Shown here one piece after another: positions 23,380-36,330 of a DNA stretch of 64,000 nt; the first letter of the stretch is position 1; each line of letters begins with the position of its first letter. The position numbers and the translations under genes were made by a program. Where the stretch lies: the NCBI GenBank assembly GCA_035221665.1, contig CM069136.1, forward strand, positions 22,010,001 through 22,074,000, given 5' to 3'. The stretch is from Okamejei kenojei. Its lineage: Eukaryota. Under the pieces are notes generated by a model, which was given only the letters and a program-made list of their open reading frames with translations, was not told the DNA's origin and searched no databases.

Positions 23380-24140
23380 CTGGATGTCTTAAGACGTGTG
23401 AATGTTGATACATCTCTTGGGCCTGATCATATATATCCAAGGACACTGTGAGAAGCTAGAGCAGAAATTACAGAAGTACTGGCTGAAATATACATGCATT
23501 TGGAAAACAATGGTAGCCCGCATGGTTTTATATGTGGGAGATTGTGTCTCATAAATTTGATTGGGGTTTATGAAGAAGTAACTAAGAAAGTTGATGTGGG
23601 CAAGGCCATAAACCTAGTGTGAGTGGACTTCAGCAGGTCTTTGATAGGGTTCTGCATGGTATGCTACTCTGGAGAATTGGATTGCGTGGGATTCAGATAA
23701 AGCTACCTAATTGGAAACAGAATTGGCTTCATGGTGGTGGAAGGTTATTTTTCACAATGGAAGCCTGCACCTCCAGGAATGACGCACCTCCAGGAGTATT
23801 GATGTTTGGCATCTATATGTGATCTGGATTAGAATGTACAAGGCATGATTAATTGATTTGCAGATAACACAAAAAAATGGTGGCATCTCAGACAGTGAGG
23901 ATGGTTATCAAGAATTAGAGCTTGATCAGCTGGGCAAGTGAGCAGAGGAAGGGTTGATCGAGTTTAATTCAGATATGTGTGAGCTGTTGGATGTTGGGAA
24001 GACAAACCAGGGCGGGACATGACCAGGAGTTTAGCGGGATATGTCCAAATATGGGCAAATAGATCTCTCTTAGATGGGGCATCTTGATCGGTCGAGTTGG
24101 ACAGAATGGTTTGTTTCTGTGCTGTATGATTCTATGACTA
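23380..24140 (+). mobile_element. Degenerate CR1 RT fragment with internal deletions
   Basis: VFDRVLHGMLLWRI and NWKQNWL motifs; CTATGACT tail. Confidence 0.7.
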
Positions 24141-25265
24141 TTTACTTGAATTCAAATTCCTAACTTATCATGATGGGATTCAAATTCCAACCTCCAGTTC
24201 CTTGGACCAATGGTCCATGCTTCCTGTTGTAAGCCCAGAATTTTGGCTCACCTGTTGTCTAACCCCAGAAATCAACCAATTGTCACGTCCCTTATCCGTT
24301 CCTGGATTCTCCTCAAAAGAAAAAAAGAAAAATATATTCCTGGTGACAAAGGAGCATATTAGTAAGATTAATCCTGGATAGTTTGCAAAGTTGTCTTTTT
24401 GTTTAACTAGATTTGATTGTCCTCAGCCTTCTCATTGGAGAGAATCACCGTTAAAATGCATACCTAGAATCCATCAAACTCTATTCCACAAACTGCAGGA
24501 TAGAAAGATAAATTTGCAACAAATCCCAAAACAATCCTCTGTAAATGTCTATCTTTGGGTGTTAAATATATCCAGGATTAGCATTATATTTGAGAACAGT
24601 AAAACATAGCCAGTCTATTATCACAGGTACAGTGAAAAGCTTTTGTTGCTTGCTAACCAGTCAGCAGAAAGTCAATACATGATTACAATCAATCCATTTA
24701 CAGTGTATATCGATCTAATTCAAAAGGAGGGAATATTCAGACTGGTACTGACTAGTACTTGGATCTTCTCATCTGATTTCCTTTCTCTGTCTTGCCCAGA
24801 TTATCCTTATACCATGAATTTAGAATGAAAAGATACCTGCCAATCTTGCTCCCACCATCCATCTGCGCAACTTGGTGGTGTTTGGACAAGCAACACTGAC
24901 TGCATACTCTGATTTGCTGAAGACTGTAGCTGGATATCCTTCTGACGAAACAAAGATCACACTTGGCTTATTCAGCCTCAAGATCGCAGGAGAAATATAT
25001 CAGGAGAGATGTCAATGAAAATAAAGTGATACTGGAAATAAAGTAGGCATAACAGGAGAATGATTTCATGATTTCCTTTCATGAAAATAAAACTATGCCC
25101 ATTTAAAAGTAGTCAAGTTTAAAACAAATTAAAATTCCGTAACAAAATGGTTGGACTTGTAGGATGTAAGTAAATCTTTAACAACTGAACTCTCCTCCAC
25201 CCTGTAGCTGTGGTTTTGTTGTGTATGACTTCACTAAAGGCTGTTTCTTGATCAAAGTGGCCAGT

Positions 25266-25870
25266 CGTACATCGGCAAGACCAAGCATCGATTCAGTGGC
25301 AGTTTCGCCAAGCACATGTTCAATCCGTCAAGGTCTGCTGGATCTCCCAGTTGCTAAGCAATTTTACTCCACTTGTCACTCCCATGCTGACATTTCTGTC
25401 CTGGGCCTCCTCCATTGCCAGAGTGAGGCTCAGCGGAAACTGGAGGAACACCAGAACACCACCTCCCATTGGCTTGGGTAGCTTATAACCCAACAATCAA
25501 TATGAACATTGAATTATTCCAATTTTGGGTAACTACATAATCCTCCCCCTCTCCATTCCTCTCCTACATAGCCCCCGCCCCATTGCCCCGTGCCCCACCT
25601 GCAGCTATTTCTCCCCTCCCCCTCTCGTTCTACCTACATTCTTTCCTCTGGCCATTGTCCAATGATCTGTCTATCAAAGGCTCTTCTTACTTGTGTCAAC
25701 CTATTACCTGCCAGGCTTTGCCCTGCCCCTCCTCTCTTCCAGCTTTCATTCCCCCCTTCCCCTTCACAATCCCTCTGACTGGAAAAGCGGTCCCGCCCAA
25801 AACGCCACCTATCCAAGTTATCTAGAGATGCTCCTTGACACGCTGAGTTAGTCCAGCACTCTATGTCTCT
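25266..25870 (+). mobile_element. Penelope-like element: GIY-YIG remnant plus pLTR
   Basis: YIGKTK at 25268; HSHADISVLGLLHCQSEAQRKLEEH in ORF 25221-25481. Confidence 0.85.
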
Positions 25871-27920
25871 CTCTCAATGCTCTGGTTTCCTACAGCATTC
25901 CAAAGACATTTGATTCCATAAGCCAATGGGAACTTCATGCATAGGTGAGTGGTAGAGAATGTTGGGATAACAGGTCACAGTGAAAATTAATGGGGGTATG
26001 AGATTGCTCCATAAGGGACATGAAGTTGATGGACTTCTATGTCATAAGGATGTGTCAAGAATTATACAGATTCCTAAGATTTGAGGCTTTGGTTTGTAGT
26101 TAGACGAGAAAGGGATTACTTTCCCTTGGGGAGAAAAAGGTAAAGAAATGATCTGAGAGAGGTATTTAATGTCTAGGAGGGTGTGGAAAAAGTGTGCTCA
26201 TATTGAAGCAAGAGGACATAGAATGAAGATAATTGGTAAGATAATAAAATTGACCACAAGGTAAACATTTTTAGCACTTGGAATACCCTACGAAGGGTAG
26301 TAGTGGAACCAGAATCAGATGTGGTGTTCTAAGGAAAGCTATAGAAGTATGTGAAATGGAAGAATTGAGGGATGAGGTTATGAGGAAAGGATGGGAAGGA
26401 ATTAGCTGCATTGCCCTTGTACAGAGCCAGTAAAGTGGCTCAAGCGGCCTGTATCAGTGCTGTGATGAATGTGTGACTGTATAATCAATACAGCATCACT
26501 TAAAGTTTAAAATGCTCATTGTACACATCAGAATATCACTACATTAACCTTTAATTAATCTGGCCTTATTACCAATGAAGTATGGAAAAGCAAATGTAGT
26601 TGGGAACCTCTAGTCTGCAGGTTGCATATTATAGAGATCCTTCTGACATCTCACCAACTATAGCCTGTCAACTTGAACATGATCCATTTCTTTCTAATGT
26701 CTGTTTTTTGTGCATGAGCCAATCCTCTATCGCTGCTAATATATTGTTTTCAACTTCCTGATCTTTTATTTTGTGGAAGAAACTTGTTTTTGTGTAAGTC
26801 TATTGAACATTAAAAAAAAAATGTTTTGCACTTCCTTTGGTTTCCCCTTATCTGTTCTGGTAGATGTATCCACATAAAACTTAATTATATTTTTCAACCA
26901 CAATTTTCCTTTCATAAAATCATTTACTCTGTCTAGGATTTTCCAGGAGAGAGGTGCTGAACTACTATTTACCTCATTGGTGACCCTTGGACTATCTTTG
27001 ACCGGGCTTTACTGGCACTAAACCTATTCCCTTGCACTAAACCTATTCCCTCAACTTGTATCTCTTCACTGTAAAAGGCTTGATTGTAATCATATTGACT
27101 GAATATAATGCAACAAAGGCTTTCCACTGTACCTCGGTACATGTGACAATAAATGAAACAAAACTAAACTGAACTGGCTGCACTACCACAATATTATTCA
27201 GATATTCCAACATCTTTAGATTGCTGCAAGTAAGTTAATTTGCCTGCCGTTTCCCCACATTTTCTCCCTCTTCGTTCTAGAATGGCAGTTCTACATTTGC
27301 TGCCTTCCAGTTCACAATGACTATTTCTGCATCCTCGGAATCTTCTGAGCACAATTCATGCTGTCACCTTTGTTTTTCCAATACTCTTTCTATACTTATG
27401 TTTAATGTTTACCAGCCATTTTAACTCTTCAAATATCTAGATTTAATGCTTTAAATTTCACGACTTGCTTTTTTATGTTTTGAATGAATGATTCTGTGCT
27501 TGTTTAATGATCAAGGAGAAGAAAGGACCAGCTGATTCATGGACTGCATGCATCGCATGCCAAGATGATCAACAGCCAACATATGCTGGCTCAGCAGAAC
27601 CTCAATAACTGCCAGCATTAGCAAGCCATCCTGAAAGTGACTTCAAGGGGTTTGCTGCATTTAATAATTAGATACAGTGTTATGCTATTTGCTGGAGGGA
27701 CACCTGTAGTTAACAGACGCCATATGATGTACTGACAAGCTGAGGCTAAATGCTGCCTCTCCCTATTTTGCTGTAGCGTAGACCTCAGGAGATGGCACCA
27801 CAGAGTAATAAACAGGATTTGTTCTCACCACCAAATCACACGCCATTCCCCTCGTGCAGCATTTCATTTCTCACAATTCAAGGTTTGACTGCTAGTGTCA
27901 AAGTAGGCATCTGCATAAAC

Positions 27921-28022
27921 AGATCTGAGGAAGGATCTCGACCCGAAACGTCACCCATTCCTTCTCTGCAGAGATGCTGTCTGAGCCACTGAGTAACTTC
28001 ATCTTTTTGTGTCTATCTTCAG
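27921..28022 (+). mobile_element. Penelope pLTR-derived repeat with hammerhead-like core
   Basis: CTGAGGA-A-GGATCTCGACCC-GAAACGTC at 27925-27952. Confidence 0.8.
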
Positions 28023-28567
28023 GTCTATCCTGAATTTTATTCAATTTCCCAAAGAAATATTCTGAAAAGTCTCTACTTCCCTCCTCAATGATAAATGAAG
28101 CAATCTAATAAACTTGTATGGGTCGAGGTCACCCCAACGATAACATGAAGAAGACAGATGCTTTCTGTTATATTGTAGGGAAAGGTGACAGCAGAAACAC
28201 ATGCAACAAAAATATAATGCGATAATGGTTTGATAAAGACGTAGACATTCTTTTAGGCCACATATTTATGTGGTGTGAGCAAATTGTAACTGAAAACAGA
28301 TCGCTAAAAGCAAATGGGCATCTCGGCTGCACACATGTACTTTCAGAACTTAGCCTTGAGTTCACAGGCACACAGGAATTAAAATACCACAGCTGCTTGA
28401 AATTAGAAACAGAAAAAGAATCATAAAATGCTGGAGAAACCATCACCCAGGCAGCATCAGTTGCAGAGAGAAACAGTGAAAAGTCAATGATCTCTGATTA
28501 TAAAAATGGACACGTGTTCATTTATAGAGAAAGGTGAGAGGGGAGCAGAACACAATAGGGAAGATCT

Positions 28568-28710
28568 ATGTAGGAAGGAATTGCAGATGCTGGTTTAAAC
28601 CAAACATAAACACAAAGAGCTGCAGTAACTCAGCAATCAGACAGCATCTCTGGAGAAAAGGAATAGGTGACATTTCCGGTTGAGGCCCCTCTTCAGACTT
28701 CTGAAGAAGT
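28568..28710 (-). mobile_element. Penelope pLTR-derived repeat
   Basis: Homologous to 21396-21523. Confidence 0.75.
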
Positions 28711-28774
28711 CTATGGGAACACAAATTACTTGTTAAAATGATTTCTCTACAGTGTAATGTTGTTGTCATTACTA

Positions 28775-30395
28775 AGTCATAGTCATAAAGTGATACCCTG
28801 CCGAAACAGGCACTTTGGCCCAACTTGCCCACACTGGCCAACATGTTCCAGATATCCTAGTCCCACCTGCCTGCATTTGGTCGTTATCCTACTGAACCTG
28901 TCCTATCCATGTACCTATCTAACTGTTTCTTAAATGTTGGGATAGTCCCCGCCTCAACTACCTCCTTTGGCAGCTTGTTCCATACACACAGCATCCTTTG
29001 TGTGAAAAGGTTCTTCTCAGATTCCTATTAAATCTTTTCCACTTCACATTAAACTATGTCCTCTGGTCCTCGATTCACTTTCTCTGGGCATGAGACTCTG
29101 TGCATCTACCGGATCAATTCCTCTCATTACTTTTTACACTACTATAAGATTACCCCTCATCCTATTCACTCCAAGGAATAGAGTCTGTGCTACTCAATCT
29201 CTCCCTATTGCTCAGACCCTCTAGTCCTGACAATATCCTTGTGAATCTTCCCTGTACCCTTTCCAGTTTGACAATATCTTTCCTATAACATGGTGCCCAG
29301 AACTGAACACAATATTCTAAATGTGGTCTCACCAACGTCTTATACAACTGCAACATGACCTCCCAACTTCTATACTCAATACTCCGACTGATGAAGGCAA
29401 ATGTGCCAAAAGCCTTTTTGACCACCTTATTTACCTGCGACTCGACCTTCAAGGAACCATGCACCTGTACTCCTGGATCCCTCTGCTCTACAACACTACC
29501 CAGAGGCCGACCATTCACTGTGTAGGTCCTGCCCATGTTAGACTTCCCAAAATGCAACATCTCACATTTTTCTGTGTTAAATTCCATCAACCATTCCTCA
29601 GCCCACTTGACCAATCGATCAAGATCCTGCTGCAATTTTTCACAACCATCTTCGCTCTCTGCAAAACCACCCACTTTTGTATTAGTAGCAAACTTGCTAA
29701 TCTTGCCCTGTATGTTCTCATACAAATCATTGATGTAGATGACAAACAGTAACGGGCCCAGCACCGAACCCTGAGGCACACCACTAGTCACAGGCCTCCA
29801 GTCCCAGAAGCAACCTTCCACCATCACCCTCTGCTTCTTTCCATGAAGCCAATTTGCTATCCATTCAGCTATCTCACCTTGGATCCCATGCGATCTAACC
29901 TTCCAGAGCAGCCTACCACACGGAACCTTGTCGAACGCCTTACTGTAATTCATGTATACAACATCTACAGCTCTGCCCTCATCGACCTTTTTAGTCACGT
30001 CTTCAAAAAAAACTATCAGATTTGTGAGGGACGACCTCCCAAGTACAAAACCACGCTGACTATCCCTAATCACTTCTTGCCCATCCAAATGCCTGTATAT
30101 CCTATCCCTCAGAATACTCTCCAGTAACATTCCAACTACAGATTATAAGCTTATCGGCCTATAGATCCCATCGTTTTCCCTGCAGGCATTCTTGAATAGA
30201 GGCACAACATTTGCCACCCTCCAGTCTTCCGGCACCTCTCCTGTATTTAAGAACGACTGATAAATTTCAACCAGGGCTCCCACAATGTTCTCTCTAGTTT
30301 CCTACAATGCCCTCGGATATATCTGATCAGGCCCTGGAGATTTGTCTACCCTCATACATGGTAGTACCTTCAGCACCTCTTTGACCATAACACTT
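28775..30395 (-). mobile_element. CR1 LINE, RT domain largely intact but decayed
   Basis: 322-aa ORF 29162-30130 with SKAFDKV, SGVPQGSVLGPLLF, LVRPHLEYCVQFWAP; the catalytic FADD motif reads FATN. Confidence 0.95.
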
Positions 30396-30459
30396 AATTG
30401 TACACTTTAAATGTCTCCGAATCTCACATTTACAACTTGTCACATTAACTGAGGAAGAT

Positions 30460-30752
30460 GGAACTGCAGGTGTGGGATTAAACCAAAGATAAACACAAAG
30501 TGATGGAGTAACACAATGGGGGGTTACACAAAAGGCTGGAGAAACTCAGCGGGTGCAGCAGCATCTAAGGAGCGAAGGAGATAGGCGACGTTTCGGGTCG
30601 AGACCCTTCTTCAGTAACACAATGGCTCAGGCAGCATCTCTGGAGAGATGGAATAGGTGACATTTCGAGTCTCAAGAAGAGTCTCAACCTAAAATGTCAC
30701 GTATTCCTTGTCTCCAGGGATGCTGCCTGTCCAGCATTTTGTGTTTATCTTC
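30460..30752. mobile_element. Composite of nested and inverted Penelope pLTR-derived repeats
   Basis: Host copy split by a 30520-30612 insertion flanked by AGTAACACAATGG at 30507-30519 and 30613-30625. Confidence 0.8.
30587..30614 (-). ncRNA. Minimal type I hammerhead ribozyme-like core (PLE-associated)
   Basis: CTGAAGA-A-GGGTC-TC-GACCC-GAAAC-GTC: CUGANGA box, stem II, GAAA box, palindromic ACGT helix III and GUC triplet. Confidence 0.65.
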
Positions 30753-31339
30753 TTGTCAAAATTAACTGGCAGCTTTAAATTTAACAGGTTTAAATTCTAC
30801 CCTCAACTTTGCTGGTTGCCAATGGTGATTCAAGGCAGACACCAGGATGCCTGAAACTTTGTGAGAGTCTGGACTCAGACACCACACTCTGAGATGGTGG
30901 TTGGGGGGGGGGGGGCAGCACAATGTTCACGCCTTGTACATACAGTGTGTGCATAAGAACTTGGTCTGATTCATTGCTATTCCCATTTACCCAATCCATA
31001 TGATCTAATAATTCCACTTTATCCACAAGAAAGTCCCATGTTGACTTGTTACTCACAAAGCTTTACAGATTATTTGAAAATCCAGGTTATGTTGAGATAG
31101 AGACAGATTTTTTTGAATACATGTAATCTCCAGGTAAGAAAACCAGACATATGGCAATTTGTACGTAGAATAGAGCTTCTGTCATTTAATTATTACATTC
31201 AAATGTCCAATGCATGTGCAGGTCTTCCACAGATTATGAATGCCTGATTTATGTACAGCCCATACTTATGGCCAAGCTTTGGGAGACTGTTGAGATAGTG
31301 TACTGGCTGCTGCCAGCTACAGGCAACTCCAGGAAGAAT

Positions 31340-31687
31340 GCAGACACAAAAAGCTGGAGTAACTCGTGTAGGAGGAAACTGCAGATGCTGGTTAAAACCG
31401 AAGATAGACACAAAAAGCTGGAGTACCTCAGCTGGTCAGACAGCATCTCTGCAGAGAAAAAATGGATAACTTTTTGGGTCGAGACCCTTCATCAGACTAG
31501 TTGGAGATAAGGGAATTGAGAGATATTGACGATGAAGTAGAGAGATAAAGAGCAGGAGGGATCACAGAGGGGGAGCAGCGATGTTGCAGACTCTCGTCGG
31601 ATCAAGAGAGTTGTAACTGTGGGACAGCCAGCATCTCTAGAGAAAAGGAATAGGTGATGTTTTGGGTGGAGACCCTTCTTCAGACTG
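31340..31687 (-). mobile_element. Nested Penelope pLTR-derived repeats
   Basis: GCTGGAGTAACTC interrupted by a second copy; host resumes GTAACTGTGGGACAGCCAGCATC near 31614. Confidence 0.7.
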
Positions 31688-32477
31688 CATTCTAGTTAAC
31701 ACGTTGATGTCCATTCTGCAAATTCTTTCTAAGACCCTACTGGGCGATCAGTAATTATTTTTCTCAATGTTATGTGCTTTTGATGCCATTCATGACAATA
31801 CTATGGAAATGAGGATATTGACTGACCTTTGTGTATTTTCCAACATTGGGAAATAAACACCAAATACACATCAGTGAAATGGAATACATTCATAACCCAG
31901 GAGTGGTCTATATGCAGAAGAGAATATCAAATCAACAGCCATATTTATGTCTGTTCCAATTTTCATTTCCTTTGTAATAAAATTCACAAAAACAATAGCA
32001 AGAAAATTCAAATGCTGGACATGAAACTTACGCAAGACAGAAACCAAAATGATAATAACACTGTTCAACATTGCCAAAGAGTGAAATTCAGAAGGTGGAA
32101 AAATATAGAAATTAAGGTCTTTGCAAATATGCAATCAATTTCCCACAGAATCATAATCATCAATTGGACATCTCCTATTCTGCACTGACTTCAAATCCAA
32201 ATCTTATCTGTGAAAACATAATTGGCTCAACCCACGTCATGAATTTATTCTGTAAATTGTGGCAAAAAAAAAGATGCAGGGTTGTAATCAAAGCGTATTT
32301 CAAGCACCATTTTGCTAAAAATTACAAATTATAAATAGGTTATGAAATTAGCCATGATATTAAGCATGGCCATTTTAAAAATAAATGTCTCCTAACATAT
32401 CTGATGTCTATAAGCGACTATAAAGATTGAACTGCATTCTTACGTTATATTTCTGTTCAAGCATAGTGCATTTTGCT

Positions 32478-32820
32478 TGAGGATGTGGAGAGGATGTTTC
32501 CACTCGTGGGAGAGTCTAGGACCAGAGGTCATAGCCTCAGAATTAAAGGATGTTCCTTTTGGAAGGAGGTGAGGAGGAATATCTTTTGCCAGAAGGTGAT
32601 AAATCTGTGGAATTCATTGCCACAGAAGGCTGTGGAGGCCAAGTCAATGAATATTTTTAAGGCAGAGATAGATTCTTGATTAGTACGTGTGTCAGGGGTT
32701 ATGGGGAGAAGGCAGGAGAATGTTAGGAGGGAGATATAGATCAGCTATGATTGAATGGTGGGGTAGACTTGATGGGCCGAATGGCCTAATTCTGTTCCTA
32801 TCACATGACCTTATGACCTT
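32478..32820 (+). mobile_element. CR1 3' end
   Basis: ORF 32473-32679 (ERMFPLVGESRTRGHSLRIKG). Confidence 0.9.
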
Positions 32821-33889
32821 GTTTTCACAACATTATGACCAAATTAAATGTGTATGAGAAATTACATATTGAAATATAAAATGTCCACTGAAGGGCAAAC
32901 TATTCAATGTAGTCCTTTGACGTTTTGTTAGTTAGTTTGGGCCTCACACAAACTTTCATCCAATTTATTTTTTTCCAAGCAAGGAAGAAAAAGTAAATTG
33001 AGAAAGTTGGTTAAAATATTCAAAGATTGAAAATTATAATAAAAACTCATAATAAATGACAAATAAATCCAGTTCTAATTCTTGACCTAAAATGTTAACT
33101 ATTTCTCCCTCTCAGCTGTTACTAACTAGTTTGCTAAGTATTTCCAGCATCTTCCATTTGTAACAATAATAAATGACTCTAGTAGTTGTTCTACTTTATA
33201 AAATTGTTATTTCTAGAAATGTATTTATGAGCTAATGATTTATTTTATCTTTAAAAAACAATTTAGTAAATGCTTTATAAATCGGTTGCTTATTTGTTTT
33301 TCATGATATTTATATTGTTGTCTTTGAAGCAGGTTCTTATAATTCTCGTATAATGGTGTCTTTAATAGTAAGATTAAATGAGAACTTACCAGTTTGAAGT
33401 TTGATCTTTATTTTATGAGGAGTTACATAGAAATTAGATGCAGGAGTAGGCCATTTAGCCCTTCGATTGCGTGATGAAGAACCCCACCAGTCGGCATGCG
33501 CGTCAATCTTCAAAGCAGCGGTGTGAAATCACAGAAGAACAATATTGAAGTGTTATAGTAAGACTAGAACTACCAGATGAGCTTCGTGATATGAGGGTTG
33601 GGAACGGTGGGCACGTAATCGCTCATCGTAACTCCTCATAAAATAAAGATCAAACTGTTAAGTTCTCATTTAATCTTACTATTTTACTTCGGAGTCACGT
33701 GAGTGATTCCGTGAAGATTTCAAAGATCTGTGATTTCAGGCCGATTCAAATCCAGGCGTCTCACACTGCAATCAGTTGACTCAGGAGGAGTGAATATTAG
33801 CAATACATCGAAACATGATACTGATTAACATGTTAAAGCTTTAATTCACAAATAAACAAATATACAATAGCGACTCCTCTCTCCCAGGG

Positions 33890-34877
33890 AGGAGCTATGA
33901 AACAGAACTTAAAACAGAATGGGCGAACACCCCGGCTTCAACAAGCGGCTTATTATAAAACCTTTGAAAAGTCAATTCATTTGACCATCCTGCGGCCACG
34001 AGAATATGGTCTAGGGGGACGTCCATGGCCCTCGCCACTGACGTTGATGCCGCCCTGGTGGAGTGAGATTAAAAATTGTCAGTATTAACTCCTGCACACC
34101 CCAACACTTGTTTCAGCAATCGTGAAATGGTCTGAGCTGACACTTTCATGTGTGGCTTTTTGTGGCTAATAAACAATGCTGCTCAGAGCCTCTAAGGCTC
34201 TTTGTGACTTCAATATAATGCTGCAAGTGCGGCACCACACACAGCCGTAAATCCGTGGGATAAGCTGACATTACAAGCTTGAATCCAGCCACCCCTGGTC
34301 TGCTTTGTTTAATTAGGTCATAGATGTAAAATTTAACATCATACTGTGAGGACACCATCCTGTCCAGGCTCAGTTTGTGCAAGGTCTGAACCCTTTGCGC
34401 TGATACCAGTGCCATGAGCATAGCCAACTTAAGGGTAGTCTTTGTTAAGGTCAAGGATGTGGCTGTACCCCATTGATGAAGCAGCGTCAGTACCATGCTT
34501 ACATCCCAGATTTCAGAATACCTAGGGCTGGGAGGATGAGAATTAAAAACACCCTTCATAAATCTGGAGATTAACGGTAGAGATCCTATAGACTGAAGTT
34601 CTGACCCACAGCATAGGTACGAGGACAAAGCGCTCCCGCCACTGTTGATGGCACTATAGCTCAACCCTTCATCAAAATGTAACTTGGACAGAAATTCGAG
34701 CACATCTGGGATGGAGGCTGTGTGGTATGTAATGTTCCCCTGTAAACAAAATTCCTCCCATTTCCTGGCATGAGAGGTGTACTGCCTTTTCGTACTATCC
34801 CTCCAGGATGCTGTGATGAGATCCATGGTCCGATTGGATAGTCCCAGACCCAGATATGGCCTTCTTAAAATCTGCAA
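33890..34877 (-). pseudogene. DIRS tyrosine recombinase (frameshift and stop)
   Basis: ORF 34146-34877 (SWRDSTKRQY, GLSYSAIN, LMALVSAQRV); another frame downstream gives *SHSTRAAS...AAGWS...TFQRFYNKP (HxxR and catalytic Tyr). Confidence 0.9.
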
Positions 34878-34989
34878 ATCACCAAATTTCGTAGATCATA
34901 CAATGGGTGTTGACCTCCAGTCACAGGGTGCACTAACAGATTATGCCATTTTTGAACCACCATAATAGTCTGTGTACTAACACCTGAAA

Positions 34990-35762
34990 TCAGAGGGAAC
35001 AATGTCTGATACCACCATGTCTGATAGGCCAGTTGGGTACCACCAAAACCCCTGAAGCCGAGTCCTGTTTGATCTTAGTCAAGCACCGACTAATGAGGCA
35101 GAACGTGGGAAATGCATCTAAAAACATTCCGTCCCAGTGCAGGGAGAATGCATTCACTGCAACTGTCCCTGGGTCTGATTCCCATGAAACATATTTCGGT
35201 ACCTGGTGATTAAGTCTGGATGCAAACAAATCGATATCTGGCATCCCATACCGGAGAACAATTTCATAAAATACATCATGATTCAACATCCACTCAGTGT
35301 TGTCGTTGAATTTGTGTGACCTGGTGTCTGCCACCATATTGAATCTGCCTGGCAAGTAGACAGCTGAAACCCAAATATTATTTTAATGCACCAGTGCCAA
35401 ATAAGGTTAGCAATCCATCACAAGATTTCAATTTGATTCCACCCATGTGATTAACATACGTCACTGTATGGTGTTGTCAACCTGAAGCTGAACATGTAAG
35501 TGATGCTTACTGTTACAGTAAGCTTTGAGCCCATAAAATGCTCCTAAGAGCTCTAAATAATTAATTCCATGTGATTGAAGCCTCCACAGCTAGACCTGGT
35601 GTTAGTAGCACCCCAAACTAGGGCACTAACATCAGTCTGCAAAACAACTGAAGGTGTTGTGATCAATGTTGCTAGAACAATTTGAAATGATTCTAATCCA
35701 CAACTGTACTTCAGTAATGGCTTCAGATGGTAAGAGCATGGGCTGATTGAAATGACCTGCAT
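34990..35762 (-). pseudogene. DIRS RNase H remnant and adenine-methyltransferase-like (MT) domain
   Basis: LQTDVSALVWG and PGRFNMVAD (RNase H); DIDLFASRLN, NAFSLHW, AFPTF, LVVPNWP (DIRS MT domain). Confidence 0.85.
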
Positions 35763-35855
35763 GTATTCTCAGTGCCTGTACCTTTGCCCTCTGTAAATAT
35801 TGGTAATGCAAAGATTAATATTGCACAGCTGGAAAGGCAGCTACCAATTTACCAA

Positions 35856-36330
35856 TTATGCTGGCCACCTGTTTAATTGAAGGCGATTGCTCCCCAAGAG
35901 CTTGATACAGCCTTCAATTAAATCTAATCTCTTGCCCTTGGGCAGAGTCACAGACATGTGAATTAAATCTATTGTGAATCCCAAATAGTCAATTGTGTTA
36001 ACCGACATCAATTTTGATTTAGTTGGGTGAATAATGAACCCCAACCTCTCAACATTGAGTTTAACAGCTGAAACCGATAATTTGGCTGCCACAAAGGTGT
36101 TTCCAATTATTAAGATGTCATCCAAATAGGCCATTACAAAATGGGCCTGTGGCCGTAATAACCCTGATACTGGTTTTAGCAATTTGGTAAAAAAGCGAGA
36201 GGTTGAGGTTAACCCATTAGGCAGTGCTCTAAACTGCCATAATTGCCCCATCCAGCTAAATTTCAAATATCTCCGATATGCTTTATGAACAGGCACTTAA
36301 TAATATGCATCTTGAAGATCTATACATGCC
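35856..36330 (-). pseudogene. DIRS reverse transcriptase (N-terminus deleted)
   Basis: IDLQDAYY, QFRALPNGL, FTKLLKP, AYLDDILI, IDYLGF motifs. Confidence 0.92.

Noticed and set aside
29162-30130. Active reverse transcriptase
   Set aside because: 5'-truncated LINE with the FADD motif changed to FATN and a downstream frameshift.
34146-34877. Phage integrase or horizontally acquired bacterial gene
   Set aside because: It sits in the canonical DIRS1 gene order with ICR termini; it is the element's own recombinase.
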